Assembly (NCBI GenBank): GCA_020428405.1 | Contig: JAGQMZ010000002.1 | Span: 33-64,032 of the forward strand | Source: Candidatus Saccharimonadota bacterium | Lineage (GTDB): Bacteria; Patescibacteriota; Saccharimonadia; Saccharimonadales; JAGQNJ01 | DNA length: 64,000 nt | Direction: 5' to 3' | Part shown: in pieces, positions 6,766-15,081 of the stretch | Layout: every line of letters begins with the position of its first letter | How positions within the stretch are numbered: position 1 is the stretch's first letter | Notes under the pieces: model-generated | The model's input: the letters and a program-made list of their open reading frames with translations, nothing else | What the model was told of the DNA's origin: nothing | The model's database searches: none | Position numbers and translations under genes: made by a program

Positions 6766-9060
6766 TTATATACTATTAAGTTTGAACTGAGTATATCGTT
6801 CGGCTGCTAAACGAGTTAATTCTGGATCTTCATCTTTGTTTACAAATATCATTGCATCAGCAATAACTGGGTGGACTTCTGCAAGCTTATCGTGCATCTG
6901 TTTAACTAGTTTTCTGTAACCAGGATGGCCTTGTGGAGTTGTTCTTAGTTCGTGCAAGTGAAAAGCTTCTCTTGCGTTATATGTAACTTTCCAGCGCATT
7001 TTATGGCCAAGTAAGGTTGCATACTGGGCTTCTAAATCATAACCAGCTTTTTGTAAGTCACTATACAACGACAGACTAATTTCAAAACATTGCTCAAATT
7101 CATCTGTTAGATTAGCTTGCTCAACTAAATCAGGGACATCAAAGCCTAGCCTTGGCGAAAGATACTGCCATTCAAGGTCATCGACAATTCGATGACGTTG
7201 TAAATCTCTAAAAATACCGTAGTCACAAACAAGATCCCAAGAATAATGCGCTTTTTCTAATGCTCTGCCAGGACGGTGCCTTCTGTTTAGTCTTTCTCCC
7301 ATATAGCTGTTAAATATTTCTAAGCGTTTTTGATAGGGCATTTCATTAACTTGTTGCTGAATTTCTTCAAGCGGTGCATTTGAATGCTCGTATACCATAT
7401 CTGCAACTAGGTCTAGCTCATTTCGTGGCCAGTAGCTGGAGAGTGTAACTTCAGATGTTTTGTCCGAAATGCCGTATGATTGAGAGACAAGTTCGTTAGC
7501 TAATTTACTTACTGCTTTATAAGTATTTGCCCTATATGCAATAGTGGCACCGCCACGCTCAGGCTTATCTGCTCTTTCAAGAAATGTCGGAATAACTTTT
7601 CTTAACTCATCAAGCAACTGTTTACCTACTTTTTGGGCTTCTGGCAATTTGTCTGACATAAGGTGCATTATTAAACTTTCTAGAGCCTGACCTGAAGCGT
7701 AAATACCTACAGTTGATGTGGTTGCAACGGGCAAAAGTGGTCTTGCGGCGTCGCAAGCTTGTGCCCGGGTTGCGCTCTTCCAAGCTGTGTCTTGCTGATT
7801 TTTTGATACGCTAGAATTTGATCTCACGTATGCGGTCAGTTTGTGTACAATATCCGAGTATATATCAAAAATTTTATCGATTTTGGCTATGTATTTATCT
7901 TTGGTTTCAGTGTCTAAATATTTAGGTATATGGTACCTATATTTACCTTGACTATCTTTTTGGTCAAAATATATGTACCGAGTTGACTGCTCTAGGTATG
8001 ATGCCAATCTACCCCACTCAAGCTTTTTTGTAAGCAGATTAGAAGCGTTTTCTACTACAACATGTTGGCCAACTAGCTGTTGTACAGAATCATCGCCATA
8101 TGCTGTAATGACACGTTTTAGTAAGTTCTCATCTTTGCCGGCTTTTTCTATAAATTCGTCCAAAATCGTTATCCGCATATCATCACCGCGTCGGCTAAGC
8201 CTTGCCATTGCTGCGGCTATTGTTACCGGGCTTAGTTCTTCGTTAAAGGCATAAACACTGCTGTTGGTGTTAGTGACTACATTGGAAAGATATTGTTTGC
8301 CGGCATCGGTTATTTTATAGCCGTCATCATCTTTTATTAGTAATTCTTCGTTTAATGTATTTACTGGTTTAAGCATTGGCTGAACTTTCTCCCATATCAT
8401 TTTATGTACTGTATCAATATCAAGTAATTGACCATCTCTTACGCAATCTATTCGTTCAAAATCCTTAGGGAATAACTCGCACAAATCATCGTATACTTCT
8501 ACAGCTGTTTGTAAATGTTTTAAGTCAGCTTCATGGATATCTCGTTTTTTATCCGTATAAGTTCGCTCTTCTTTTTGGTCTACCAGCTTTTGAGCTATCT
8601 CGGCCGGAACTCTAAGCACAAAGTTTTTATCTGGCCTGGGTATTCCAAGCATTTCAAATTCTAAGTTATCAAGCCAAATAAAATAGCCACGTCTTTCCTC
8701 TGGATGACTAAATTTTGTTCCTTGGTGGCCCATGTTAGAGCCTGTAAATCTGTTGCACAGTACAATTTTACCGGCCTTCAGTGCTTTTTTTATGTCAGAA
8801 GATGCCTGGTATCTATCTAGGGCATAAAATAGCGAACCAGTATATGGACCTACCTGCTCGGCTGTGCCGTATTTGCCATTCAAGTATTCCTTGACAAAAA
8901 AGCTTGAATTTTCTTCGTATTGAGGAAAGTCAAAAGTTGCAACATCATGGCCTTCGCGCTCCAACCGTTGTTTTAGTAATTTAAATTGTGTACCTTTACC
9001 TGAACCGTCGGTACCTTCGATTACTATAAAAAGACCTTCCCCACCCGTTTTGCTGGGCAT
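6766..9060 (-). CDS. tmk-thyX: Fusion protein: thymidylate kinase (N-terminal) plus tandem-type FAD-dependent thymidylate synthase ThyX (C-terminal)
   Basis: The N-terminus has the FIVIEGTDGSGKGTQ P-loop and an ALDRY motif. The C-terminal ~530 aa carries ASYLEQSTRY and LQRHR...AREAFHLHELRTTPQGHPGYR, which are ThyX signatures in a duplicated arrangement. An alternative GTG start at 9075 would overlap dcd. Confidence 0.8.
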   Translation of the reverse strand: MPSKTGGEGLFIVIEGTDGSGKGTQFKLLKQRLEREGHDVATFDFPQYEENSSFFVKEYLNGKYGTAEQVGPYTGSLFYALDRYQASSDIKKALKAGKIVLCNRFTGSNMGHQGTKFSHPEERRGYFIWLDNLEFEMLGIPRPDKNFVLRVPAEIAQKLVDQKEERTYTDKKRDIHEADLKHLQTAVEVYDDLCELFPKDFERIDCVRDGQLLDIDTVHKMIWEKVQPMLKPVNTLNEELLIKDDDGYKITDAGKQYLSNVVTNTNSSVYAFNEELSPVTIAAAMARLSRRGDDMRITILDEFIEKAGKDENLLKRVITAYGDDSVQQLVGQHVVVENASNLLTKKLEWGRLASYLEQSTRYIYFDQKDSQGKYRYHIPKYLDTETKDKYIAKIDKIFDIYSDIVHKLTAYVRSNSSVSKNQQDTAWKSATRAQACDAARPLLPVATTSTVGIYASGQALESLIMHLMSDKLPEAQKVGKQLLDELRKVIPTFLERADKPERGGATIAYRANTYKAVSKLANELVSQSYGISDKTSEVTLSSYWPRNELDLVADMVYEHSNAPLEEIQQQVNEMPYQKRLEIFNSYMGERLNRRHRPGRALEKAHYSWDLVCDYGIFRDLQRHRIVDDLEWQYLSPRLGFDVPDLVEQANLTDEFEQCFEISLSLYSDLQKAGYDLEAQYATLLGHKMRWKVTYNAREAFHLHELRTTPQGHPGYRKLVKQMHDKLAEVHPVIADAMIFVNKDEDPELTRLAAERYTQFKLNSI

Positions 9061-9067
9061 GGAAGTA

Positions 9068-9781
9068 TCAGTCACCTTTTAAACCTGCAATTCCTTTCGG
9101 TAAAATTCTTTTATCCTTATATGCTTTTGGCAGCATCTGGTCAGGAGTCCAATTTTTAATTAATGTATCAAGATCTGTTCCTGACTGATATTTGCCGCTA
9201 AACCCGCTATTTCTTCCTTGGCCGTAGTTACCTTCAACCTGGCCTGTTTCTAAAAATATTGCTTGTGCGATCCGTTCACCAACTGGCAAAAGCACGATTT
9301 CTTTGTGATTTAAGTTATAAATTTCTAGTGTTAGCCGGTTTATATATCCGGGGTCAACCCAGCCGGCATCAAAACACACTGCTACACCATTTCGTCCCCA
9401 ACTTGAACGAGCCTTTATTTCATATGCTCCAGGTGGTTTTATGCCAAAAAATTCGTGTGTATGAGCTAAAATTCGTTCGCCAGGCTTTAATGGTATGATG
9501 GGGTGTTTTGGCGGTATGTTCTTAAGAAGCTTAACACCGTTAATATCGCACCATTCCTTATGGGGTAATGCGGTTTGTGGTTTACCAAAGTATCTTTGAA
9601 CGTCAGACTCATCAAATGGATTATAGATTGTATTATCACCGGCTCGTTCAGTTCTATAATAGTTTGCTCCTAAAGTTACATCTAGACTAGCATGAGATAT
9701 ATGCTTGGGACTAAACGGCCGACAGACTATGTGCCCGTCATCTAAAGCCTTTTTAATTTGAATATTACTATATACTCCCAT
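9068..9781 (-). CDS. dcd: dCTP deaminase / dUTPase-superfamily protein
   Basis: IQIKKALDDGHIV..PF, then KARSSWGRNGV...DAGWVDPGY.NRLTLEIYN, typical of Dcd. The ATG at 9781 is preferred over the track's TTG at 9802. Confidence 0.8.
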   Translation of the reverse strand: MGVYSNIQIKKALDDGHIVCRPFSPKHISHASLDVTLGANYYRTERAGDNTIYNPFDESDVQRYFGKPQTALPHKEWCDINGVKLLKNIPPKHPIIPLKPGERILAHTHEFFGIKPPGAYEIKARSSWGRNGVAVCFDAGWVDPGYINRLTLEIYNLNHKEIVLLPVGERIAQAIFLETGQVEGNYGQGRNSGFSGKYQSGTDLDTLIKNWTPDQMLPKAYKDKRILPKGIAGLKGD

Positions 9782-9847
9782 GTTTGTAAGATATTGTAGC
9801 AATTTTTATAAGTCTTTTGCTAGACAAGATACCATATTACAACAGAC

Positions 9848-10498
9848 TTATAAGTTTAATGCTTTAGCAATAGTCGCCCCTACTTGATCAATACTGCCGT
9901 TGGCGTTAATAACATGAAGATTAGTTGGTAAACCGGCTAAGTCATTAACAAATTCATAAGCCTTAACATAACCATTACGCATACGTCTTTTATATTCATT
10001 ATTTTGCATTTCAAAATAATTCGTTGTTTGTTCGGGTTGGATTTTTAATCTTTCTTGTTGTCTTGTAAATAGTTCGTTATCGTTTATAGAAAAGAGCAAT
10101 AAATCATCAATGTCCCATAATCGCAGCATGCGCTCGCAGGCATCGTAAGCATGGCTAACATCTTTTAGCTGAGACCCAAATGCATTGTAGGCCAATATTG
10201 CTAAAGGGCTTCGATCTATAATAATGACATCGTAGTTTTCGGCTTTTTGCTTCATATCTTGGCCTAGAGCGGTATGCATAGCCAATGAAATGTATAAATC
10301 AACCTCGGGCGTTCTTTCAATATTTGATAACGAAACTTTTCGTAGCAGTTCACCAATTGGTGTTCCGCCGCTAGCTCGTGTCCGAAGAACTTTTAAGCCC
10401 TTATCTTCAAGTTTTTTAACTAACCCATCGACTTGAGTTGTTTTGCCACTGCCATCAGGGCCGTCAATAGCAATAATACGCGCTTTTTGATTAGTCAC
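9848..10498 (-). CDS. tmk: Thymidylate kinase (stand-alone copy)
   Basis: IIAIDGPDGSGKTTQ P-loop, IIDRSPLA motif, GTG start. Confidence 0.8.
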   Translation of the reverse strand: MTNQKARIIAIDGPDGSGKTTQVDGLVKKLEDKGLKVLRTRASGGTPIGELLRKVSLSNIERTPEVDLYISLAMHTALGQDMKQKAENYDVIIIDRSPLAILAYNAFGSQLKDVSHAYDACERMLRLWDIDDLLLFSINDNELFTRQQERLKIQPEQTTNYFEMQNNEYKRRMRNGYVKAYEFVNDLAGLPTNLHVINANGSIDQVGATIAKALNL

Positions 10499-10531
10499 GT
10501 ATGTTATTGTACGCTTTAGAAATATTATTTA

Positions 10532-11494
10532 CTAGACTTCAGATACGGCAACTCTAATACTGGGCCCCATAGTGGTTGTAATATGAACGGATTGAACGTA
10601 GGAATTTTTTAAGCTAGCTGGCTTAGCGGATTTTAGTGCGGCTACCAAGACATCTAGGTTTTTTTTCAAATCTTCGGCTGAAAAGTTAGTTTTGCCAATG
10701 TTCACATGAACAATCCCGTTACTATCTACACGGTACTCGATACGTCCTGACTTAGCTTGCTTTACAGCAGAAGCAATATCTTTAGTTACCGTACCACTCT
10801 TAGGATTAGGCATAAGACCTTTGGGCCCTAATACTCGAGCAAATTTACTAAGTTTTGCCATCATCATCGGAGTAGATACCAGAACGTCAAAGTCTATGTC
10901 TTCTTTTTCTAATCTTTGTAAAAATTCATCGCTTTCAGCAATATCAGCACCAGCTGCCTTTGCTTTCTTAAGGTCATCAATATCCGCAAAAACGGCAACT
11001 TTAACTTCTTTACCGGTACCAGCTGGCAAGCTAACAGTACCGCGAATATTTTGATCAGCCTGTCTTGGGTCAACACCCAGTCTTACGTGTAGTTCCACGC
11101 TGGCATCAAATTTTGCAGGATTTGTTTTTAGTGCTAGATCCAAAGCCTCTGTAAAAGTATATTGCTTGGTTTTATCAATAAGCTCGTATGCTTTACGGTA
11201 GTTTTTCCCTCTTCTTTCGGCTAGTGGGCGTGGTGGTTTAACTTGTTTAACAGGTTTCTTTGGCTCTTCTTCTTTTTCTTCTTGTGGTCCTGACTTTTGG
11301 CGCTCAATCTTAGCCTGTTTCTCTTCGGTTGCTTTTATACCTTTTGCACTATGCTTACCAGCTTTAGCAATTTTTGCATCGTCTTTTTTAAGCAAACCTT
11401 TAATTGCAGCTTCAAGTTCTGCAATCGTGTTCTTTTCTGTTACTTCTAGTCCAAGTTCTTTAGCCTGTTCTAGTAATTCGGCTTTCTTTGCCAT
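10532..11494 (-). CDS. rplA: 50S ribosomal protein L1 (uL1) with a ~95-aa N-terminal extension
   Basis: The C-terminal ~225 aa (YTFTEALDLAL...FDASVELHVRLGVDPRQADQNIRGTV) is canonical L1. The N-terminus adds a helix-extended-helix-like AELLEQAKELGLEVTEKNTIAELEAAI plus a K/E-rich linker. Confidence 0.93.
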   Translation of the reverse strand: MAKKAELLEQAKELGLEVTEKNTIAELEAAIKGLLKKDDAKIAKAGKHSAKGIKATEEKQAKIERQKSGPQEEKEEEPKKPVKQVKPPRPLAERRGKNYRKAYELIDKTKQYTFTEALDLALKTNPAKFDASVELHVRLGVDPRQADQNIRGTVSLPAGTGKEVKVAVFADIDDLKKAKAAGADIAESDEFLQRLEKEDIDFDVLVSTPMMMAKLSKFARVLGPKGLMPNPKSGTVTKDIASAVKQAKSGRIEYRVDSNGIVHVNIGKTNFSAEDLKKNLDVLVAALKSAKPASLKNSYVQSVHITTTMGPSIRVAVSEV

Positions 11495-11551
11495 TGTTGT
11501 CTCCTTTCGTGGTTCAGTCGTTCATAAAATGAACTCCCACAAAGTTATTAT

Positions 11552-11797
11552 TTACTCGTCTTCTACTGCACCATATGGATCATCTACGCCTCCCTCACGT
11601 AAATCTGAAATTGTATCTTCAATATGCGGAGTTATATCTTCTGTTGAGGGTAACTTAATCCTGTTTTTTTCTGCAAACTGTTGCATTCTTTCATTATATG
11701 CGTCATTGTCCGGAAATCCTGGGCCAGCAGATCCGCGTTTAGGCGTTACTTTACCTGGATAGGTCTCTGGGTTGTAAAGATTTTTCTCACCTTCCAT
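11552..11797 (-). CDS. Hypothetical small acidic protein (81 aa) between rplK and rplA
   Basis: SD GAGGAGATAG about 12 nt upstream. Starts 2 nt after the preceding ORF's stop. No family recognised. Confidence 0.5.
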   Translation of the reverse strand: MEGEKNLYNPETYPGKVTPKRGSAGPGFPDNDAYNERMQQFAEKNRIKLPSTEDITPHIEDTISDLREGGVDDPYGAVEDE

Positions 11798-11799
11798 AA

Positions 11800-12048
11800 T
11801 TATTCTATCTCCTCTAGAACACCTAACTTGTCTAAGAAATATTTCGCCTGAACACTATTATTCGCTCTGTAAACTTGCTGCAAACGGTCAATAACTTTTT
11901 GCGACTTATCATTTTCTATTGGCAATTCGTCATTTACTAGCATATATGCCGAACGTCTATCGTGTTCAGAAAATAATAAAGATGGATCAGAATCTTCGTT
12001 ATGTATGGGTAGTGAGCCAGAGTTATTTTGCCCTGTATAAAGTGTCAT
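11800..12048 (-). CDS. Hypothetical small acidic protein (82 aa) between rplK and rplA
   Basis: Starts 2 nt after the rplK stop, with GGAGATAG in the rplK 3' end as SD. No family recognised. Confidence 0.5.
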   Translation of the reverse strand: MTLYTGQNNSGSLPIHNEDSDPSLLFSEHDRRSAYMLVNDELPIENDKSQKVIDRLQQVYRANNSVQAKYFLDKLGVLEEIE

Positions 12049-12050
12049 GG

Positions 12051-12479
12051 TTAGTTAGCTATCTCCACACCCATACTACGTGCTGTACCGGCAACCATCT
12101 TTTTAACTGCTTCTACGTTATCAGCATTCATATCTTTAGCTTTTTCTTCGGCAATCTCTGTTAGCTGAGCGTCAGTTAACTTTTTATCAAGTTTTTCTGT
12201 ATTTGGGCGGCCAGAGCCTTTTTGGATGCCAAGTTTTTGGCGGATTAAATCATCAGTTGGCTGTGATACAACCCTAAAATCCATTGAACGGTCATCAAAA
12301 ATTGTAATATGAGCTGTGACTGTACCTTTCATGTCTTTGGTCGCCTCGTTAAAAGGCGTCACAAAGTCCATCATATTAACACCATACTGACCAAGTGTTG
12401 AACCCACAGGAGGGCCAGCACTGGCTTTGCCGGCTGGAATCTTCATTTTTAGATTTGCTTTAACTTCTTTTTTAGCCAC
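12051..12479 (-). CDS. rplK: 50S ribosomal protein L11 (uL11)
   Basis: KMKIPAGKASAGPPVGSTLGQYGVNMMDFVTPFN is a canonical L11 N-terminal domain. GTG start. Confidence 0.95.
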   Translation of the reverse strand: MAKKEVKANLKMKIPAGKASAGPPVGSTLGQYGVNMMDFVTPFNEATKDMKGTVTAHITIFDDRSMDFRVVSQPTDDLIRQKLGIQKGSGRPNTEKLDKKLTDAQLTEIAEEKAKDMNADNVEAVKKMVAGTARSMGVEIAN

Positions 12480-12494
12480 GTTTATACCTACTCT

Positions 12495-12578
12495 TTACGT
12501 AATTTAATCTGTTATTTAGTGTCATTTACGTAATCGTTTACGTAAACGATTACGTAACTATCTAAAAAAGTGCGTAAC
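12495..12578. promoter_or_regulatory. Array of TTACGTAA palindromes (candidate operator) just upstream of rplK
   Basis: Exact TTACGTAA at 12495, 12526, 12538 and 12550, plus a half-site TGCGTAAC at 12571. The three central boxes are 12 bp apart and lie within a perfect 30-bp palindrome (12527-12556). The box at 12495 is 16 nt from the GTG start. Confidence 0.5.
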
Positions 12579-12616
12579 TCGTTTATTCTACTACAAATCA
12601 CCCCTGTTGTCTACCC

Positions 12617-12691
12617 ATGAGACAAACCTACGGTTTTTCTCATCGCACCAGGCAAAAATGCGATTTTTGCTTGAGCTGCTCTTTTCCCTAA
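12617..12691. repeat. Copy B of the structured intergenic repeat (nusG-rplK spacer)
   Basis: See copy A. The first 29 nt are identical. One substitution pair keeps a stem base pair (G:C in A, A:U in B). Confidence 0.6.
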
Positions 12692-12951
12692 TTTCGGTTA
12701 TGATTTTTTCTTCTGTAATTGGTATAGAACTTCACTACATCTAGTGCTATCTCCTACACGCGTCTGGATAGGGAATACTCCCTGATCGGGGTTTTTGATA
12801 AATGTGTCACTAAACCCACAAGCTTCTACATTACAACCAAATGTTACTTGACTGACAGCTGAACTAGCAAGTGCTATTTCTAGCTTAACCTCTTAACTAA
12901 ATAAAACGAGGTATCTCCACGGATTAACCAAAGGCTCTTGTTGGGCCACAA

Positions 12952-13494
12952 CTAGACTCGTTTGACTTGTAGTGAGTCTAGTTCTACGGGTGTTTCACGA
13001 CCAAACATGTTAACGAGTACTTTAAGTTTGCCCTTTTGAGCGTCAATTTCATTAATAGTGCCGTCAAAGCCTTTGAATGGTCCATCAACAATGTTAACAA
13101 CTTCGCCTTCTTTGTAATCAATCTTATGTTTTGGCTCAGCACGGCCCATACGCTTCATGATTTTTTCAATTTCTGCATTGCTGACAGGGCTTGGGTCGGT
13201 TCCTGTACCAACAAAACCGGTAACGCTTGGAGTGTTTCTAACAATGTACCAGGCGTCTTCCGTAAGTTTCATTTCTACCAATACATAACCCTGAAAAATC
13301 CGTTTTTCTACAACTTTACGCTTACCATTTTTTACCTCTATCATTTTTTCTTTCGGTACTAGAACCTGAAAAATTTTATCTTTCATATCAAGACTGTCGG
13401 CGCGCTGTCTGATACTCTCTGCCACCTTTTCTTCATAGCCACTATAGGTATGGATTGCATACCAGCTTTTATGTGTGTCATAACGTTTGTTCAT
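12952..13494 (-). CDS. nusG: Transcription termination/antitermination factor NusG
   Basis: WYAIHTYSGYEEKV NGN domain and a KOW motif GEVVNIVDGPFKGFDGTINEID. Confidence 0.95.
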   Translation of the reverse strand: MNKRYDTHKSWYAIHTYSGYEEKVAESIRQRADSLDMKDKIFQVLVPKEKMIEVKNGKRKVVEKRIFQGYVLVEMKLTEDAWYIVRNTPSVTGFVGTGTDPSPVSNAEIEKIMKRMGRAEPKHKIDYKEGEVVNIVDGPFKGFDGTINEIDAQKGKLKVLVNMFGRETPVELDSLQVKRV

Positions 13495-13865
13495 TATAAG
13501 ATTACCTCTTTAAATAATTTATCTAACCCATAATCAATGATTGAAACAAAAAATCCAAACACTATGGCAAAAATAAATACCGCCGTAGTTAATTTAATGG
13601 TTTCTTTGCGGCTAGGCCACTCAACCATCTTTACTTCTTGCCAGCTATACATAAAGTAGTCAATTAATAAAATTTTTCTAAAAAATCGGCCGATTGATCT
13701 AAATACTTTATTTTGAAATGGCTTTAATACAAATTTAAACGGTCTTAAAACTGTTAATATTAGTTTTTTTATTGCTGAAAAAAACTTAGTAACAGGAGTT
13801 AGCTTTCGGCGTGTTTTACGCTGTCTCTTGGTCTTTTTTACCGGTTCTTTTCTGACTCTCGCCAT
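13494..13865 (-). CDS. secE: Preprotein translocase subunit SecE with a basic N-terminal extension
   Basis: The C-terminus SWQEVKMVEWPSRKETIKLTTAVFIFAIVFGFFVSIIDYGL is the SecE core. Located upstream of nusG. Confidence 0.85.
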   Translation of the reverse strand: MARVRKEPVKKTKRQRKTRRKLTPVTKFFSAIKKLILTVLRPFKFVLKPFQNKVFRSIGRFFRKILLIDYFMYSWQEVKMVEWPSRKETIKLTTAVFIFAIVFGFFVSIIDYGLDKLFKEVIL

Positions 13866-13893
13866 TGATTCTCCCTAGAATTAAAAATAGTCC

Positions 13894-13951
13894 ACCATAT
13901 AAATAGTAGACCGGACTTGTCAATAGTACTTCTTATGTACCGTATTGTCAA
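13894..13951 (-). promoter_or_regulatory. Tandem sigma70-like promoters for secE-nusG
   Basis: TTGACA (13946-13951, overlapping the kinase TGA stop), N17, TACTAT (13923-13928). A second one: TTGACA (13918-13923), N18, TATGGT (13894-13899). Confidence 0.4.
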
Positions 13952-15057
13952 TGGTAACTTTGCTTTAAGTTTGGAATTTTGATTGTAAAGACAGAGCCTT
14001 TATTGAGCTCGCTATTGACTGATATTTCGGCATGAATAAGTCTAGCTAATTTCAAGGTTACATATAAGCCTAAACCAGTACCGTTATTTTGTCTTGTTCG
14101 ATAATCTTCTGAGCGAAAAAACTTATTAAAAATCTTTGCTTGGTCGTTTCTGCTAATACCAATGCCGGTATCTTGAACGATAAATTCAATTGCATTATTT
14201 ATTTGTTTAGCTGAGATTGTTACTGACCCTTTTTGGGTATATTTTATAGCATTTGTAATAAAGTTTTGTAAAATCTCATTAACGTACATTCGGCTGGAAT
14301 TTAATAGCTCTACGTTGGCATCCGGGCTTATTTTTAGTTGTAAACCCTTGGCTTGGGCTTCCGGTGTATATGCTTTTTGAAACTCTGACAAAAGATTATA
14401 TACGTTGATTGATTCTACCTGTACTTCTAGCTTCTCTTTCTCTGCCCTAGATAAAGTAGAGAGATCATTAACCAGATCACTTAAAAACACTATTTGTTCA
14501 TGAGCAAGTTTTAATGCCTCTGTGGTTTTGCTTATATCACCACCTTTTTGAGCAATTAACAGTGCGTTACTTATGTTTCCTTCAGAAATTGTAATTGGAG
14601 TTCTGAGTTCGTGGCTGACTACACTTATAAATTCATCTCTTTCTTCTTCTAGGGATTTTTCATGAGTTATATCACGCAATAGTATAACGTGACCTCTTGT
14701 ACCTGTAACACCGTAACCAAGTCTAACTGGTGCGATACTAATGTAAACATTTATAGTGCTATTATCTTTATAAGTAATAATGTAGTCGCGTGATGAATAT
14801 TGTCTTTTAGTGTTTCTAATTAAAGTAGGAATGTGAATAGTTTGGTTTGTGTGAGGGTCGGTTAAAGTTAAAACGGCAGAAAGCTGCTTATCAGTTATAG
14901 CGGTGTTTATATCTAAAATATTAAGCGCTGCGCCATTGTAAACGGCAATTTTTTGTTCTTCATCAATTGCAATAACCCCGTCAGCCATGCTGTTAATTAG
15001 ACTATTAAGACGTTCATGTTCAATATTTACAGGTGGTTTTTGAGGATTTTCGTTCAC
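13948..15057 (-). CDS. Cytoplasmic PAS-domain sensor histidine kinase
   Basis: H-box SHELRTPIT, and N/G boxes NAIKYT, DTGIGI, GTGLGLY. No transmembrane segment, and no response regulator in the window. Confidence 0.85.
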   Translation of the reverse strand: MNENPQKPPVNIEHERLNSLINSMADGVIAIDEEQKIAVYNGAALNILDINTAITDKQLSAVLTLTDPHTNQTIHIPTLIRNTKRQYSSRDYIITYKDNSTINVYISIAPVRLGYGVTGTRGHVILLRDITHEKSLEEERDEFISVVSHELRTPITISEGNISNALLIAQKGGDISKTTEALKLAHEQIVFLSDLVNDLSTLSRAEKEKLEVQVESINVYNLLSEFQKAYTPEAQAKGLQLKISPDANVELLNSSRMYVNEILQNFITNAIKYTQKGSVTISAKQINNAIEFIVQDTGIGISRNDQAKIFNKFFRSEDYRTRQNNGTGLGLYVTLKLARLIHAEISVNSELNKGSVFTIKIPNLKQSYH

Positions 15058-15081
15058 AATGTAAATATTATGGCATACTTC

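Noticed and set aside
12526-12557. Zur/Fur-family 7-1-7 box (TCGTAAT-N-ATTACGA) in the rplK array
   Set aside because: CGTAATCG and CGATTACG substrings are present, but they do not form the 7-1-7 inverted repeat at the right spacing.
12495-12578. TTACGTAA arrays as a CRISPR array or simple tandem repeat
   Set aside because: The repeat unit is only 8 bp with 4-nt spacers, there are 3-4 copies, the whole is palindromic, and no cas genes are present. That fits an operator-like site, not a CRISPR array.
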